From the human T2T-CHM13v2.0 reference genome, Homo sapiens: a stretch of DNA of 64,000 nt. Position numbers and translations under genes: made by a program. Where the stretch lies: NCBI RefSeq assembly GCF_009914755.1, contig NC_060934.1; one strand, given 5' to 3'. This document shows, one piece after another, positions 41,827-55,436 of the stretch. Below the pieces are notes generated by a model. That model had not been told where the DNA came from and did no database searches. It worked only from the letters and a program-made list of their open reading frames with translations. The stretch's first letter is position 1. Each line of letters starts with the position of its first letter.

Positions 41827-43826
41827 GTAAGTATTTTTTAACTGCAAAGTAGAAGATATTAATAAATGTGTGTATATCTTTTCACCTGCCTATAATTACT
41901 CTATCTGCTTTATCCATCTCATATACTTACCAGTTCCTATGCCCCTTGGCTCTGCTTAATGAAAAGTCATAAGCATCTACCCACAGAAGATTCTACCATG
42001 AGCATAAACCACATACCCAACAAAGTGGGGAGAAAGAAATTTTGTTTTTCACCACCTCCCCTTTTGAAAACAGAGCTTTCTTTGTATAATTCCTCTTGTC
42101 TTGTATCACCCTCCCTTCTTTCCTTTGGCATAACTACTGTTTGGAAGTTAAAAAAATGAATGAAAAGAAGTAATAGTGTATCCTAGTATCAGAAGTTTTT
42201 TTAGAATGGGCTGCTTTCTTACCAGGGCAAATAGAAGATTATAGTAATAATATTTAGGTATTCCTCAAAAGGTGATGGGGTAACCCTGAGCAAGGTTACT
42301 TTCGTATTTAGTTTCCTCTTTTGTAAACTAGAGGGAATGATACTGTGTGACTTCTGCCCTACAAGGTGATTCCAAGGGTCAAATAAGATTTATTATAGGG
42401 TGGAGTGCCTTGTGTAGAGTGTAACAGTATATGAAAATTGTCTCTATTCCGCCCTCTCTGTTCTCTCCCAACCCAATTCCTCTTTTCCTTCCCTGTTGAA
42501 CTCCCTACCCTCCCTGGGTTAAAATTATGCCTCCTTCAACCATTGTAACCTCCATATACCTCAGTGTATTTAGAACCCTGAGAGCGAGACCAGTTGGGTC
42601 CTTGGTGGCTGCCTGGCTCTTTGTCTCTTTGGGCAAAAAAGGCTACACCCCAAATGAAAAGCTTTAGTCACTTGTCACCAAAGTCTCTTTGTATCTCTAA
42701 CATGGTGCGGATTCACTTAGAATAGTTTCACTCCATATCCTGATGATTTGGTGGGAAAAGTGAAAACCTGCTAATACCTGCAAATTTCTGTCAATGCGGA
42801 CAAGTCACACTATTTTAAGAAATGATGGTAGGGCTTTAGAAATTTCTAAGGGTAGCAGCAGAACACCGATGCTAACATAATCATCTCCCCCATTTTGAAA
42901 TAAAGATATTGTCAGGGGAAGGACACTGGAAGAATGTTGTTAAAATCCTTGGTCCTCATCTGTTTTGACCCATTTTATGTTTTATTATCATGGAAGACTC
43001 TTTGCTTCTCAAAGTATGGGCCAAATGTGACCGTGCTTTCATTTTAACTCCAAGATACCCGGGGTAGCCTAGATGATAATCTAATGAAGTCTAGCCCTGG
43101 CACACGTCAGCAAGTTGCACCTAGCCAGGAACCTACACAGAGTGGGTACTTAGTAAATATTTATTGAAAAAGAATTTGAATAGCAGTAATCATACTTTTC
43201 CAAACACTACATGTTCTTTTTCAGTGTGTTTTGACTCTTTCCTCATGAGAACAATGAAAACTTGTCTCATATTCAATGACTAAAATAAATTTTAGCAGTT
43301 TCAAGTTTTATAGAAAAATTCATGAGATTGAGAATGAGCATTAGCTGGGTCTAAGTTTCCTTACACAGGGCAGCTGAATCTTGACATTGTATTTATCATA
43401 AAAGTGATATGTTTATAGAAAATTTGGAGAAAATAAATATAAAGAAAGAAAATTACCTATGAGTTTATCTATTAAGATATAAACATGATTAACATTTAGT
43501 TTATTTTCCTTTTTGTCCTTTTTGCAAGCATATATATACATATACGTGGGATAAATATCTATATTAATTGAATTATAATTTTACTATGCATGTAATTCAC
43601 TTGCACTGGTTTTGCTTTTACTGTGAACACTTTACTGTCATTAACTATACTTAGAAAATACTATTTTTAAAAAGTATATAATATTCATTTGTGGATATTA
43701 TAATTAATTTACTATTCCCTCATTTTTTGATATTTAGTACTTTTAAAATAATGTTTAATTACAAATTGTAATTTAAAAACAAATATTAATTTCATTTAAT
43801 ATGCATTTCTTCATTTGAATTTACAG

Positions 43827-44565
43827 AACTGGGTTTATAGGCCCAAAAGGTCAACGAATTTTCCTCATTCTCAGAGGAGTCCTTGGTTCTACCGCCATGA
43901 TGCTTATATACTATGCTTACCAGACAATGTCCCTCGCTGATGCCACAGTTATCACGTTTAGCAGTCCAGTGTTTACGTCCATATTTGCTTGGATATGTCT
44001 CAAGGAAAAATATAGCCCTTGGGATGCTCTTTTCACCGTGTTCACAATCACTGGAGTGATCCTTATCGTGAGACCACCATTTTTGTTTGGTTCCGACACT
44101 TCGGGGATGGAAGAAAGCTATTCAGGCCACCTTAAGGGAACATTCGCAGCAATTGGAAGTGCCGTATTTGCTGCATCGACTCTAGTTATCCTAAGAAAAA
44201 TGGGAAAATCTGTGGACTACTTTCTGAGCATTTGGTATTATGTAGTACTTGGCCTCGTTGAAAGTGTCATCATCCTCTCTGTATTAGGAGAGTGGAGTCT
44301 GCCTTACTGTGGGTTGGACAGGCTATTTCTCATATTCATTGGGCTCTTTGGTTTGGGGGGTCAGATATTTATCACAAAAGCACTTCAAATAGAAAAAGCA
44401 GGGCCAGTAGCAATAATGAAGACAATGGATGTGGTCTTTGCTTTTATCTTTCAGATTATTTTCTTTAATAATGTGCCAACGTGGTGGACAGTGGGTGGTG
44501 CTCTCTGCGTAGTAGCCAGTAATGTTGGAGCGGCCATTCGTAAATGGTACCAAAGTTCCAAATGA
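43827..44565 (+). CDS. SLC35G1: SLC35G1 coding exon 3; EamA/DMT-superfamily multi-pass transporter, C-terminal part
   Basis: Acceptor TTACAG| ends 43826; (K)TGFIGPKGQRIFLILRGVLGSTA runs in frame into the 222-aa ORF at 43897; many hydrophobic helices and EamA-type motifs (LKEK, KALQIEKAGPVA); stop TGA 44563-44565. 178+181+739=1098 nt = 365 aa. Confidence 0.96.
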
Positions 44566-46900
44566 AGCATCATTGCTGAAATACATATTTTTTTCAAGTA
44601 CACCATCACCTAATTCACATACAGCATACGCACACATCTGGAAAATCTGCATTTTCTTCATTGGTTGTATTTAATAAATTGCCTAAAGTACCATTTTTGA
44701 ATATAGTATGTCTTTAGTTAAGAATAGCTAGTCTGTTTGGTGTAACAATTTTTTGGTAGCTTTGGTTTTGGTTTTGGTTTTTTTTGTTGTTGTTGGGGTC
44801 AAGTTGGTGAGAGGAGAGCTCATTGTTTGAAGAAAAACCAAAACATTTTATGGCTAGTAATATTATATGTAATTTTTAAAATGTATTTTTGGTACTGATG
44901 GGATATGGGTGGGGAGGCTATTTTAGATATTCTTTTAGCAGTGTAGAGCCTAAGAAACTTGGTTCTACTACCATGATCTTTATAAACTATGCCTTCCAGA
45001 CAATTGATAATGCTGCTATAATTAGTATTATGTTGATAATTCATTTGCAACCTTATTCTATTTAGGAGGATGAAGTTGAAGCTTAGAATAGGTGCCTGCT
45101 TAATGGTGTTAATAATACAAATGAATTGGCCTTATTTTCAAGGATTTTATAAATGATTATCATACTTGTAACTCATATTTGTGCCTTTTCATTTTAATGC
45201 TGGAATTTTTATTATGTCACCTCTAAAACACTTAAATTGCCAAATTTGGCTAGTAGTTTTGTTTCAGTGGCATTAGCAACTGCAGCTAGCATACTATAAT
45301 TTTAATTGTCCTCACTTTTTTTTGAAACTGCACTAAATTTTTCTTAACATTCCAAGATTTCAGATCTCTAAATCACAAAGAGAAATCTTGGCATGACCAG
45401 TGTGCACGTTTCCATCCTGAAGTGTTTTCTCTTCACTAGAAATGTGATTTTCTATAAATTCCCCTTGAATTTATAGTGTGATGCCAAATAAAATTTTCTC
45501 AGGATCTTATTAGGTTGAACCATATGTAATTGCCAAGATTTTACTATTTTAACTTAGAAAAACCATCGTTTCATATGATTCACCCTAATAGATACCTCCA
45601 TTATTCTCTAAATGAAATAGAAGACTTTGGAGTATATGTTTTTAAAGTAATTTTTTAAAATATGGTAATGTATTAAACTTATTTTTATAGTTATGAAATT
45701 ATGTGTAATAACGCTTTATGTTATACATTAAATGTAAAGACTTGTGAATCCATGTTTGATTGACTTTCATAGTTTCCTGCATTGAAATAAAATCACTATG
45801 AATTCTAGTTTATCAGCATGATGTTAAATGTCAGTGCCATACCATGATGCAGCACCATGACACTAACGCCATGAATTCAAACAGCACGTTTTACACCTGG
45901 AACTTCATCAGACCAATACTTTGCAGTTAGAGAGAATTTAATATCTAGAAAAGCTTGGGAGGTTAGTCAGGACTTAGGGAGTATACATAAATGGTTACTT
46001 GTTGTAATGAGCCCTTTATTGGTGAGGTTGCAATAGCTTCCAGCTCTTACTGTGTCAGATGAAGCATCTGTCATTATCTTAAGCCTGCAGAGTTGAAAGG
46101 TTATAGGCTCTTTCCTACCCTCTCATCATAATTTTTCCAAAGCAAAGAGGAACTTGGCTTCTGGGGTTCGTGCCTTAGTGAGAAAGAATCTTTTCCAATA
46201 GTTCCAATGGGGGAATTTTTGGCTTGCTGATTTTATCAATTGCCTTGACACCTGACAAACCCTAAATGAAGTCTATGTAGGTGAGTCATCTCTGTTCCAC
46301 CTGATTTACAGTATTGGAATTTAGACTTGCAAAAACATCATTCTGCAAATATCTTAGATAATTACAGAATCAGGAGCATTTGAGAACTCTAGAGGTCTCA
46401 GAAATCATCACATAGGGGCCATGCTTCGTAGATAGGGATGATAGAGAGGAGACCTGCCCAAGTTGAATTTCCATGGCCTTCCTCCCTTCCTTAGTTCCAT
46501 GATAAAGTATGGACAGTAAACCACTACTTGAGCTACCTAAGGTGAATTAACTCTCAGGGAACCCTCTTCCAGTTCTTTACCTTGCACAGTGAAAGAATCA
46601 ATGGCACCTAGAAAGTTAAATCCCTTTAGGCCCATACACTAGAGACATGTTTTGTTTGAACAATGTAGTTTAAGTACTTGAATGTCACACTATATAACTG
46701 AGGTTAGAGAAAATGTTTCTTCTAGCCCTTACAGGGTGTGATTCTTAAACACAATGTCCAAGGTGTATACAAGGATATGTATTGTAACAACTATGGGTAT
46801 GTATATTTTGCAGAGCGTAGTTTCTATATCTTGAAAAGGAAAATATTTTCATAAATTGTTTTTATAAGTACTAATAAAATAATATGAAAGAAAGCTATAT
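44566..46900 (+). other. SLC35G1: SLC35G1 3' UTR (longest predicted form; end approximate)
   Basis: AT-rich, largely repeat-free sequence after the stop; AATAAA at 44673, 45487, 45786 and 46873. Confidence 0.6.
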
Positions 46901-46910
46901 GTTGGTTGTT
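46873..46910 (+). terminator. Distal polyadenylation signal with downstream GU-rich element
   Basis: AATAAA 46873-46878 followed by GTTGGTTGTT 46901-46910; TGTA motifs upstream. Confidence 0.6.
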
Positions 46911-47129
46911 ATGATTATAGCAAATATATAACTTATTTCCCTTTCAACCCTATGCTTCAAAATATATTTTCTGTAGGAGATTGACCTCTAGCCATTCAGC
47001 TGGGATATAATCTCAAAGTTTAAACTGTTTGTCTGACCCACTTGTACTATCAAGAGGGTCAGATGAACAGTGTAATCTGTTTATCTCTCCAAAATAAAGG
47101 CATTAGTCTTCTGTGTTAGTGAGACCTTC

Positions 47130-47700
47130 ATTCTTCTAGATCCTGAGAACTTAAAGTAGCTTTGAACTCTGTACTTTTTGTTCCTGTAGCTAATCCGTTA
47201 CTAAATCCTGAAGAGTCTTTCTTCTTATTGTCTTCTTATTGTCTTGTGGATTTATTCTTTCCTCACCATTTCCACTGCCACCATCTTAGCCCAAGACTTA
47301 GCACCTTACACCTGAATTACCACAACAGTTTACTGGTTACCTGCTTCAAGACTCTTTCTTCCACTCTGATTCCTGTCTCAGTGCCAGCTTAATGTTCCTA
47401 AAGCCCTATTTTCACTGTTACTCTAGTTCTCATGAAACCACAGTGATGCCTTATTACACACCATATCACATCAAATTTTCATCTGGCCCTACTCCCACTT
47501 CTCCGACCTGATTTCTACATCCCAACACAAATGGGATACTCAGATCAGTCTTACCACTAGCTCCCATGTTTGCCAGTAGAGTCCTTCCTCTGCATTTCCC
47601 CCCTGTCCTTACCTTCTCTTATTTACCCTCTAAGGCCTGTTAGCCTCCAATGGCTCAGCTTAGGCTTTTGTTTCTTCTGGACTCTAGCTTCTCCTACCCA
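47130..47700. mobile_element. L2 fragment
   Basis: Pyrimidine-rich CCATTTCCACTGCCACCATCTTAGCCCAAG...CACCTGAATTACCACAACAG. Confidence 0.55.
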
Positions 47701-49279
47701 CATAATCCATCTTGGAAGAGTGGGTAAAGCACTGGATTGGGATCTGAAGGTCTAGTGTGGTTTTATCACTTTTCAGCTGGACAAATCACCTAATGCACCT
47801 GAGCCTGTTTTCCTCACTTGCCCAGTCCCTCTTGCAAATGAGTGCCATAGAAGGGCTTATAGACTATTAAGAAGGATGAAAACATTAAGTATTGAACTGT
47901 GGTTAAGACTGTAGAATTGAGTATTCACTCTCCTCTTCAAAATGAGGCGTATACCAGAGTCCTTACTCCCGAGCAGCCTCACCAGGAACCGTAGGAACAT
48001 GCCTATCAGAATGCAAACTCCATTCGGCCCCCTCCTGCTAGCACAGAATTGTGCTGTTGGCCAGCTTTCACTTCCTAGCTGATCTTCCCATATAGGGCTG
48101 CCAAGGATCACCAGTCCTTTCATGCGCAGGTGTTACCACCTTTCCAGTTCTGGCCCTAGCTCTGATCTTATATGGGTATTATGCTTGGCTCTGACCTGGG
48201 GAATGGGCCTGATTTATGTGTGTTTCCCATGCACTGTGTACTCAGCATGGTTCTTTTAGCCTCTTACGTATTGCACTCGGTAAGCTTATTTACTCTCTTG
48301 AGGGCATTCTAGTGGGAAGAGAGCCAGATGTTCTTGATATCACCCTGGTCTCTGATCTAGGTGTGTATGGATCCATGGTCAATAATGGGCATTAGAATTT
48401 GGTTATATGGGTGAAGGTTGGATATATGAATCCTGGACACTACCCTAAGCATGCTGTTTTATGCCCCGTTTGGTGCCTTATATCAGATCTAATACAGCTA
48501 CCATATTCACCTAGAATTCTGCAAGATAACCTATCAGGGACTCTGATCCACATTGATGGATCCACGTTTTAGCCTCTTTGAACATTAAGTTTGGAGCTGG
48601 ACCTGGGAAAACAATTCACAGCCCATGAACCTTGGCACTTCTCATCTCCTGGAAATTCAGGGGTGGGCTTTATAGCAAGAGGGTAAGGAGAAGACATACT
48701 TGGTATCAAGGGAGGGCAGTAAATGTAGCAGAGATGCCCAGTACACAGGAAAACGTTCCACTGGGCTCAGGAAATGTCATTACTAGAGAAAGAGCCTGGG
48801 TCTCTTCCACTAAACTTTCATGATTCTAGAAACCATGTGAGATTAATACCAGTAAGCCTGATGAAGCAAAGGAAGTAACCTAGATTCATGATTAGTTGCC
48901 AGGGTGGGGTCAGGAAAGTATAAAACCATAGTTGAGCAGAAGTAGACTTGGGCAGGAGGAAATGTGTTCAGGTGAATGGTGCAGCATGAAAGTACCATGC
49001 CAGGGTTGGGAGCTCCATGGTGCAGCAGAAGTACATGGAAAGGCCAGGCCAGAGGAGTGCATTACTAACCAGAAGGCCTGTATCTGAGGTTATAAGAACC
49101 TGGCTGTTCTTACCGCTGTTCCAAGTATACTTGACCATGATTTAAGATTAAGCTGTATGTGCCAAGAACATACCAGAAAGAGAGAAACTAATAATACAAC
49201 TATATTTGATTTTTTCTATGATTATAGTAGGTACTAGCTCAATAATATTAGAATTGAATTCAAAGCAATAGCATAATTC

Positions 49280-49625
49280 AGAATGGACTAACATTTTCTT
49301 TCTTCTGATATTCCCCCTGGGAAATCAGCCACATTGCTGTGAGGAAGCCTGGGCTACATGGAGAAGCCCACATGAAGAGGCCCATGTGGAGAGGAACTGA
49401 GGCCCTGACACTTGGCCCCATCTGCACTACCAGCTGATAGCCAGCATGAGCCTGCCAGCCAGGTGAGTGTGCACACTGGGAATGGATCCTCCAACTCTCA
49501 GGTGAGCTGCCCCAGCTGATGCTGTGTGGAGCAGAGACAAGCCCTCCTCCTACCTCCTGAGCTCTGCTCAAATTGCAGATTTGTGAGAAAAAGAAACCAG
49601 TTATTACTGTTTTAAGCCACTAAAA
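49280..49625 (+). mobile_element. MLT1-family LTR fragment
   Basis: GAGGCCCATGTGGAGAGGAACTGAGGCCC...TGTTTTAAGCCACTAA. Confidence 0.7.
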
Positions 49626-49834
49626 AAAAAATATAAACGATAAAATTGTCTTGGATATGTATGTACCACATTATACACAATCACAATTACATAAAGCAAA
49701 ACACCTCAAAAGAACAAAAATCAACAAAAGGTAGGACATTTTCATGGGGTTTTTTTAGCCTGTGACAGATAAAATTCGCAAAAATTAGATATATAGGGGA
49801 TAAGAATAATAAAATATAATAAAGTTGGTCTAAA

Positions 49835-50170
49835 CCAACTGTTTTCAAAGTGTGGTTTGGATACCTCAGAGTCCTCAGGACCCTTTCAAAGTGTTTGCGA
49901 TGTCAAAACTATTTTAATAATAATACTAAGAATGTTATTAGTCTGTTTCACAATCATTCTTTCATAAGTATACAGTGGAGCTTTCCAGAGGCTATTAGAC
50001 ATGAAATTGCAACAGCTTGAATGCAGAAGCAGATAGGAGAATACAGCTATTATCTATCAAGCCAGGTTTGCAAAAATAAAAAGCAATGCCACTCTTCTCA
50101 CTAATTTTTTTGGAAAATAGTTATTTTTTATTAAAGTGTTATTTATATTAACATATAATTACATTATCTT
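49835..50170. mobile_element. Charlie1-like hAT fragment followed by an Alu monomer (50175-50312)
   Basis: TTTCAAAGTGTGGT...TTGAATGCAGAAGCAGATAGGAGAATACAGCT. Confidence 0.6.
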
Positions 50171-53100
50171 TCAAGGCCAGCACAGTGGCTCACACCTGTA
50201 ATCCCAGCATTTCGGGAGGCCAAGGTGGCCAGATCACTTGAGTCCAGGAGTTTAAGGCTGCAATGAGCTACGATCGCGCCACTGCACTCCAGCCTGGGTG
50301 ACAGTACGAGATACAACAGATGAACACACTTCCTGTTTATGTGCTCTAGTTCCTTTGTATGTGCATTTTAGAAAAGTCAGAAGTCTTTGGTACTTTGCAG
50401 CATGTGTGCATTGGTACAACTTCTAGGAAGGGCAATTTGGCACCATCTATCAGATTTACTTATGTGCAAAATGATATGTACAAGTTTATTCCAGCCTGAT
50501 TTGTAATAGCAAGAAGAAATGGAACTAGCCTGAATGTCCCTCAATAGAGTACTGGTTAAGTAAGTCATGGTATATACCCAAAATAAAATATAATGCAATT
50601 AAAAATAAATTTAAGAAGAGCAAGGAAGCTTTCCATATATGGGTGTGGAATAATGTCCAAAATTGTTAAGTGAAAAAGCAAAATTCATATCATGGTTGAG
50701 TATGTGCTCATTTGTATAAAAAGAGGGTAAACAGAATATTCCAGGAGGATATGCAAGAAACTGTTAACATTGGTTGCCTTTGGCAGCTGAAGGGCGAGGT
50801 GAGAGGAGACTTTCCACTGAATCCCCTTTTACACCTTTTGAATTTTGAACCAGGTGGGTAAATAACTTAGTCAAAATAAAATAAAATAAAATTGGTGGAA
50901 CAAAAATAAAAAGGTGACTTGATGGAAAAGAAAGGAGAAAGAAAAGGAGTAAAAGACATAGGGAGCTACATATATACATTATGTCATACATACATACATG
51001 CATAGAGAGATGTTTACTGCTTTAATCTGGGCTGTCACCCTGACTCACCTTACGGACTTCCTTTTGCTCCCTCCTCTTTTGCCTCATAGAGTCTGCAGAC
51101 CATACTTAAATTCCCACATCTCCATGATTGAAGGGAATATAAAGATGAAACTGAAGTTCACCTTTTTAATAGGACTATATCCTCCAAGATCCTAGAAAGC
51201 GTTGTGTGGCCCTGATTCAGATGTCTGCTTTCCTATGGCACCAAAACAATTTTTACTTGGAAAGGACACTAACATTTATTGAATAAACCTCATCCCAGCC
51301 AAGAGCTTCTTAATCTTTGTCTCATTCCCTCACCAACCTTGGGAGATAGACTGATTGGGAACTGAAGTTCAAAGAGGTTGAATGGGGTTACCTACCTGCT
51401 AAATTCTAGTCCCCTCACTAGTAAATGATGAGGTTGGGCCATGAGGTCTGCCTGACTCCAAAGACCTTGCCCTTTCCAATACTTCATGCTGCCTCCATAA
51501 TTGAGGGTGGTAGAATGCAGAACAGGGAGTCATTTGTCACTGTGGTGGAGAAAGAGTTGGTTTTTGACTTTGGGATTTAGGGATACATATGTCCTCCTTC
51601 CTCCTTCCCCTCCTAGAGCAAGAGCTAGAAGTGAAAGAATAGAAGGTGATGACAACACTGCATATATTTCAGTTTTATTTCTTCCGATCTACTAATTAAC
51701 ATTTGTTGGGCAGTAGCCATAAACAATCCTAGCCAATGCAAGGAAACACCAAATATTGTCAAGCCCTCACATTGGTCATAACTGGAAGCAAACATGACAT
51801 ATATGGACTATATAATCAGTTTGCGTGGGCTACAGCAAGATGTTGCCCAAGAGCCTAGGCATGAGCTGGCTTCCTACGGCCTCCAAGCAGGAAAGAATGG
51901 AGCTATACACAGTCATCTGAATATACAGAAGTGAACCCTGGGCCAGCCACATTCAGCCGTAACTTCCCCAGACTGTTTCTACAGGTGCAGTGTGCCAATC
52001 AGAAGAAAGGTGGCCAGGCTCAGGAGAAAGGACAGGAGAGTGACTCTGGCAGGCTTGCTCCATTGTAGAGATGAGATACACCAAGATAGTGACTTCCCAG
52101 CTTTTCTCCCCAAAGCACCCCTAATAGCTGAGAAGAATCTGGAGGCATAGCTACCATCACAGCTACACTAACCACCATACTTTACTGTATCCTTCAGGTG
52201 TCTGTCCTAGCTAGTTTTGTGGTCTGGCTCCTTCAGTCCCTGCAACAAGCCTGTTTATTTTCATTATATTGATGAGGTTATAGAGCTTGGACAAGTTACA
52301 TGACTTTTCGAAGATCACATAGCTAATAAGTGTCAAGAGTCTTATTCTCAAAACCCTGGTCTGTCCAACTACAAGCCTGTGCTCCTGACTCCACTATTCT
52401 GCTTACCCTAAGCCTAAAGCTGCCCACTTCAAGCTCAAATCCTCTTGGAGGCTTCATGCTTTAAAAAAAAAAAATCCATGCAATTTTTTGCATCCTAATT
52501 AATAATATATCTGTGTGTTTTAGTGTAAAATTTTTTTTTAAATTACCAATTCAGTTATTTAGCTTTTTATTCCCCAAATCTTTGGTACCCTAGGCAGATG
52601 TGTCATATTTATCCTGGGCTTTATGTACCTCTGGTTTGAGGGACTCTTGAACTTCATTTTAAGAAACATGGCCCAATGAGTACACAGTCAAGTCTTCATG
52701 TCCCTGAACACTGCATTATAAAATCAGCACTCCTTGTTCTTTGTATATTTGTGTTATCAAATAACTATGTGATTATAATCTGGCTTCTCATATACCATAA
52801 GTGCAGAAGAGAATCAAAAGATTGAGTACCTGATTCCCTAAACTGTCAAATTTCCCGTTGTATATTAATAAAATTTGTATCGTTTCACAAATAAGACTCT
52901 ATGTTTTTGGTTATTGTTGCTCTTCCTAGAGAGATAGAATGTATTCCCAGCTTCCCTCATCCCCTTTCTTCTAAAATAATATCCCTGTATTAGAGTAATT
53001 ATGCTGGCTGCTATAACAGACAACACCCCAAATCTCAAGAGTCTTAAAAAATAAAGTTTTATATCTCGATTCCCTCACAGTCTGATGTAAGTTGCAAGGT

Positions 53101-53721
53101 CTCTACAGTATCTCTCCTTTGAGTGGTGATTAGGCTCCAGGCTCCTTCCCCCTGATGATCCTGACTTCTTATACAGGTAGCCTCCAAGTTTACCAACATT
53201 TTACATCAACAGTCTTGACGGAGAACATCGTTTCTACCCAAATGCCATTGGCTGTAACCTAACTTAAAAGGAGGGTAGGAAATAAGTCTTCCTTTGTGCT
53301 CAGGAAGAGGAAAAGAACAATAGCAACAGAATTTGGTGAACCTAAAGCATTGTTTCTGCCATAACCCCCTTCCTTTGGGGAACTGCTGAAATCTAAGTCT
53401 CTAGTTTTGGTGGAGCTGGCAATTCAGAATCCTACCCCCAATGGCCTAGGAAGTGGGCAGGCCCATGACCTGAGCTCAGCCAAGTCAGGTTTATCTCTCT
53501 CTGTAATTTGAATCATGAGCAGGGTCTCAAGCGCAGAAGGAGCTGTCCAGTGGCAGTGCCCAGAGAGAAGGGCCGTGGGTGCCGGCTGTAGAAATCCTGT
53601 AGACAGACTGGGTCCTGTCCCTCCTGATGCCCAGTTGTCCAGCTCTTCCATCAAGTCTGTGAGATCCCCACTATCCTTCCAATTAGTTCCCTACTTGTGA
53701 TTAAGTTAGAATTTGTTTCTG

Positions 53722-54087
<366 letters not shown>

Positions 54088-54423
54088 TTAATACCCAATA
54101 TTTGCCACCTATATGCTAACAAGCAGATTTCCCATCTCTTCATGACTCGACCCTTGGGGATATGATGGGCTATCTGGCCAACCTTTTTCAGATGACATCT
54201 CTCTATCTTATTAAGATCTTTAATCTTCTAAGTGCATGAGAAAAGCAAGAAACAGTACAAAGCAGATGTTTAAGGCCAAAGAAGTCATAAAGTCAACATG
54301 CCATCCTCTGCAGGGATGTCAGGTGGACGATGGGGTCATATCCAGGAGTGATCTCTGAAGAAAGATCCCATACATCAATTTGTCAACCTATTTCACAGAC
54401 AAAAATCAGGATTCTAAAATAAC

Positions 54424-55436
54424 ACCGTCCAGTAGAATTACACTGCAGGCTACACATATAATTTTTAGTTTTCTGGAAGCCATATTAAATAATGTAAACA
54501 GACAAGTGAAATTGATTTTAATAATATATTTTATTTAACCCAATACATCCAAAATATTACTGTTTCAACATGTTATCAATATAAAAAATTATTAGTGAGA
54601 TACATTCTTTCCATCATACCATGCCTCAAAATCTAATGTGTGTTTTATAGTTACTGCACATATCAACTGAGACCAGCCATATTTCAGATGCTCAGTGGGT
54701 ACATGTGGCTAGTGAAATGACCTAATAGTCCCATAGACAGTTGTTTTTGGATAAATGTAGAAATTGGCCCTTCTAGTCTTAAAGCTTGAAACTTAGAGCT
54801 GTAAGTTGTTTCGGATGGTTGTACATCCCCATCTCCTCCATCATGACATTGGTTCTTCCGAGAGTTCTTTTCCCCTTGTCTGTATAGGTGATTCAGGTCA
54901 GCCCTGACCTGGCTCCAGGCTTTGGTTCCTCCTCCTCCCAAGAGCAACTACAGGTGGAATTTGTGGCAACCATCTCCACTAGCTAGTGACACCGACTAAC
55001 AGTCCCATAGACAGTTGTTTTTGGATAAACATAGAAATTGACCCTTGTTTGTATCTGAGTTCCTTCCTCAGGAAAGGATCCCCAGGCCTCTCACGAAGTA
55101 TCAAAGAACTGAAACCACGTCATTGCATCCACACAATGAAACGCCAGGCCCCTCATTCATCATGATTGCTTCCTTACGCCTCTCGAGTTCCTGTTTTCTC
55201 AGACATAGTAACATGTCTTCCCTGCTATATAAACCCCTAATTTTAATCAGTAAGAGAGATGAATTTGAGACTGAACCCCCATCTCCTTGGGTGCAGCTCC
55301 CAATTAAAGCCTTTTTCCTTGGCAATACTCATTGTCTCAGTCATTGCCTTTCCGTGCAGCAAGCAGCAGGACCTAGACCGAACCCCTGGTGTTTCAGTGA
55401 CACTAGTAGTTAGCATGTTTGACAGCATAGTTCTAG
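54424..55436. mobile_element. MER33-like hAT element (54424-54712 and 55403-55436) split by an LTR
   Basis: ATTTTATTTAACCCAATACATCCAAAATATTA...CATGTGGCTAG | TAGTTAGCATGTTTGACAGCATAG reads continuously across the insert. Confidence 0.75.
54713..55402 (+). mobile_element. ERV1 (MER4-group) solo LTR with internal rearrangement
   Basis: TG at 54713 ... CA at 55402; 4-bp TSD CTAG at 54709-54712 and 55403-55406; TATATAAA ~55226 and ATTAAA ~55303. Confidence 0.8.

Noticed and set aside
41827-43826. Intron 2 is exactly 2000 nt
   Set aside because: Numerical coincidence; the intron has ordinary splice signals and old repeat content.
43897-44565. 222-aa ORF as a stand-alone single-exon gene
   Set aside because: The frame extends upstream to the acceptor at 43826 and joins exons 1-2 in phase.
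47860-48840. Unassigned ~1-kb stretch, possibly an ancient LTR-internal fragment or an extra exon
   Set aside because: No recognisable protein motif or convincing splice pair by eye; needs Dfam/tBLASTn.
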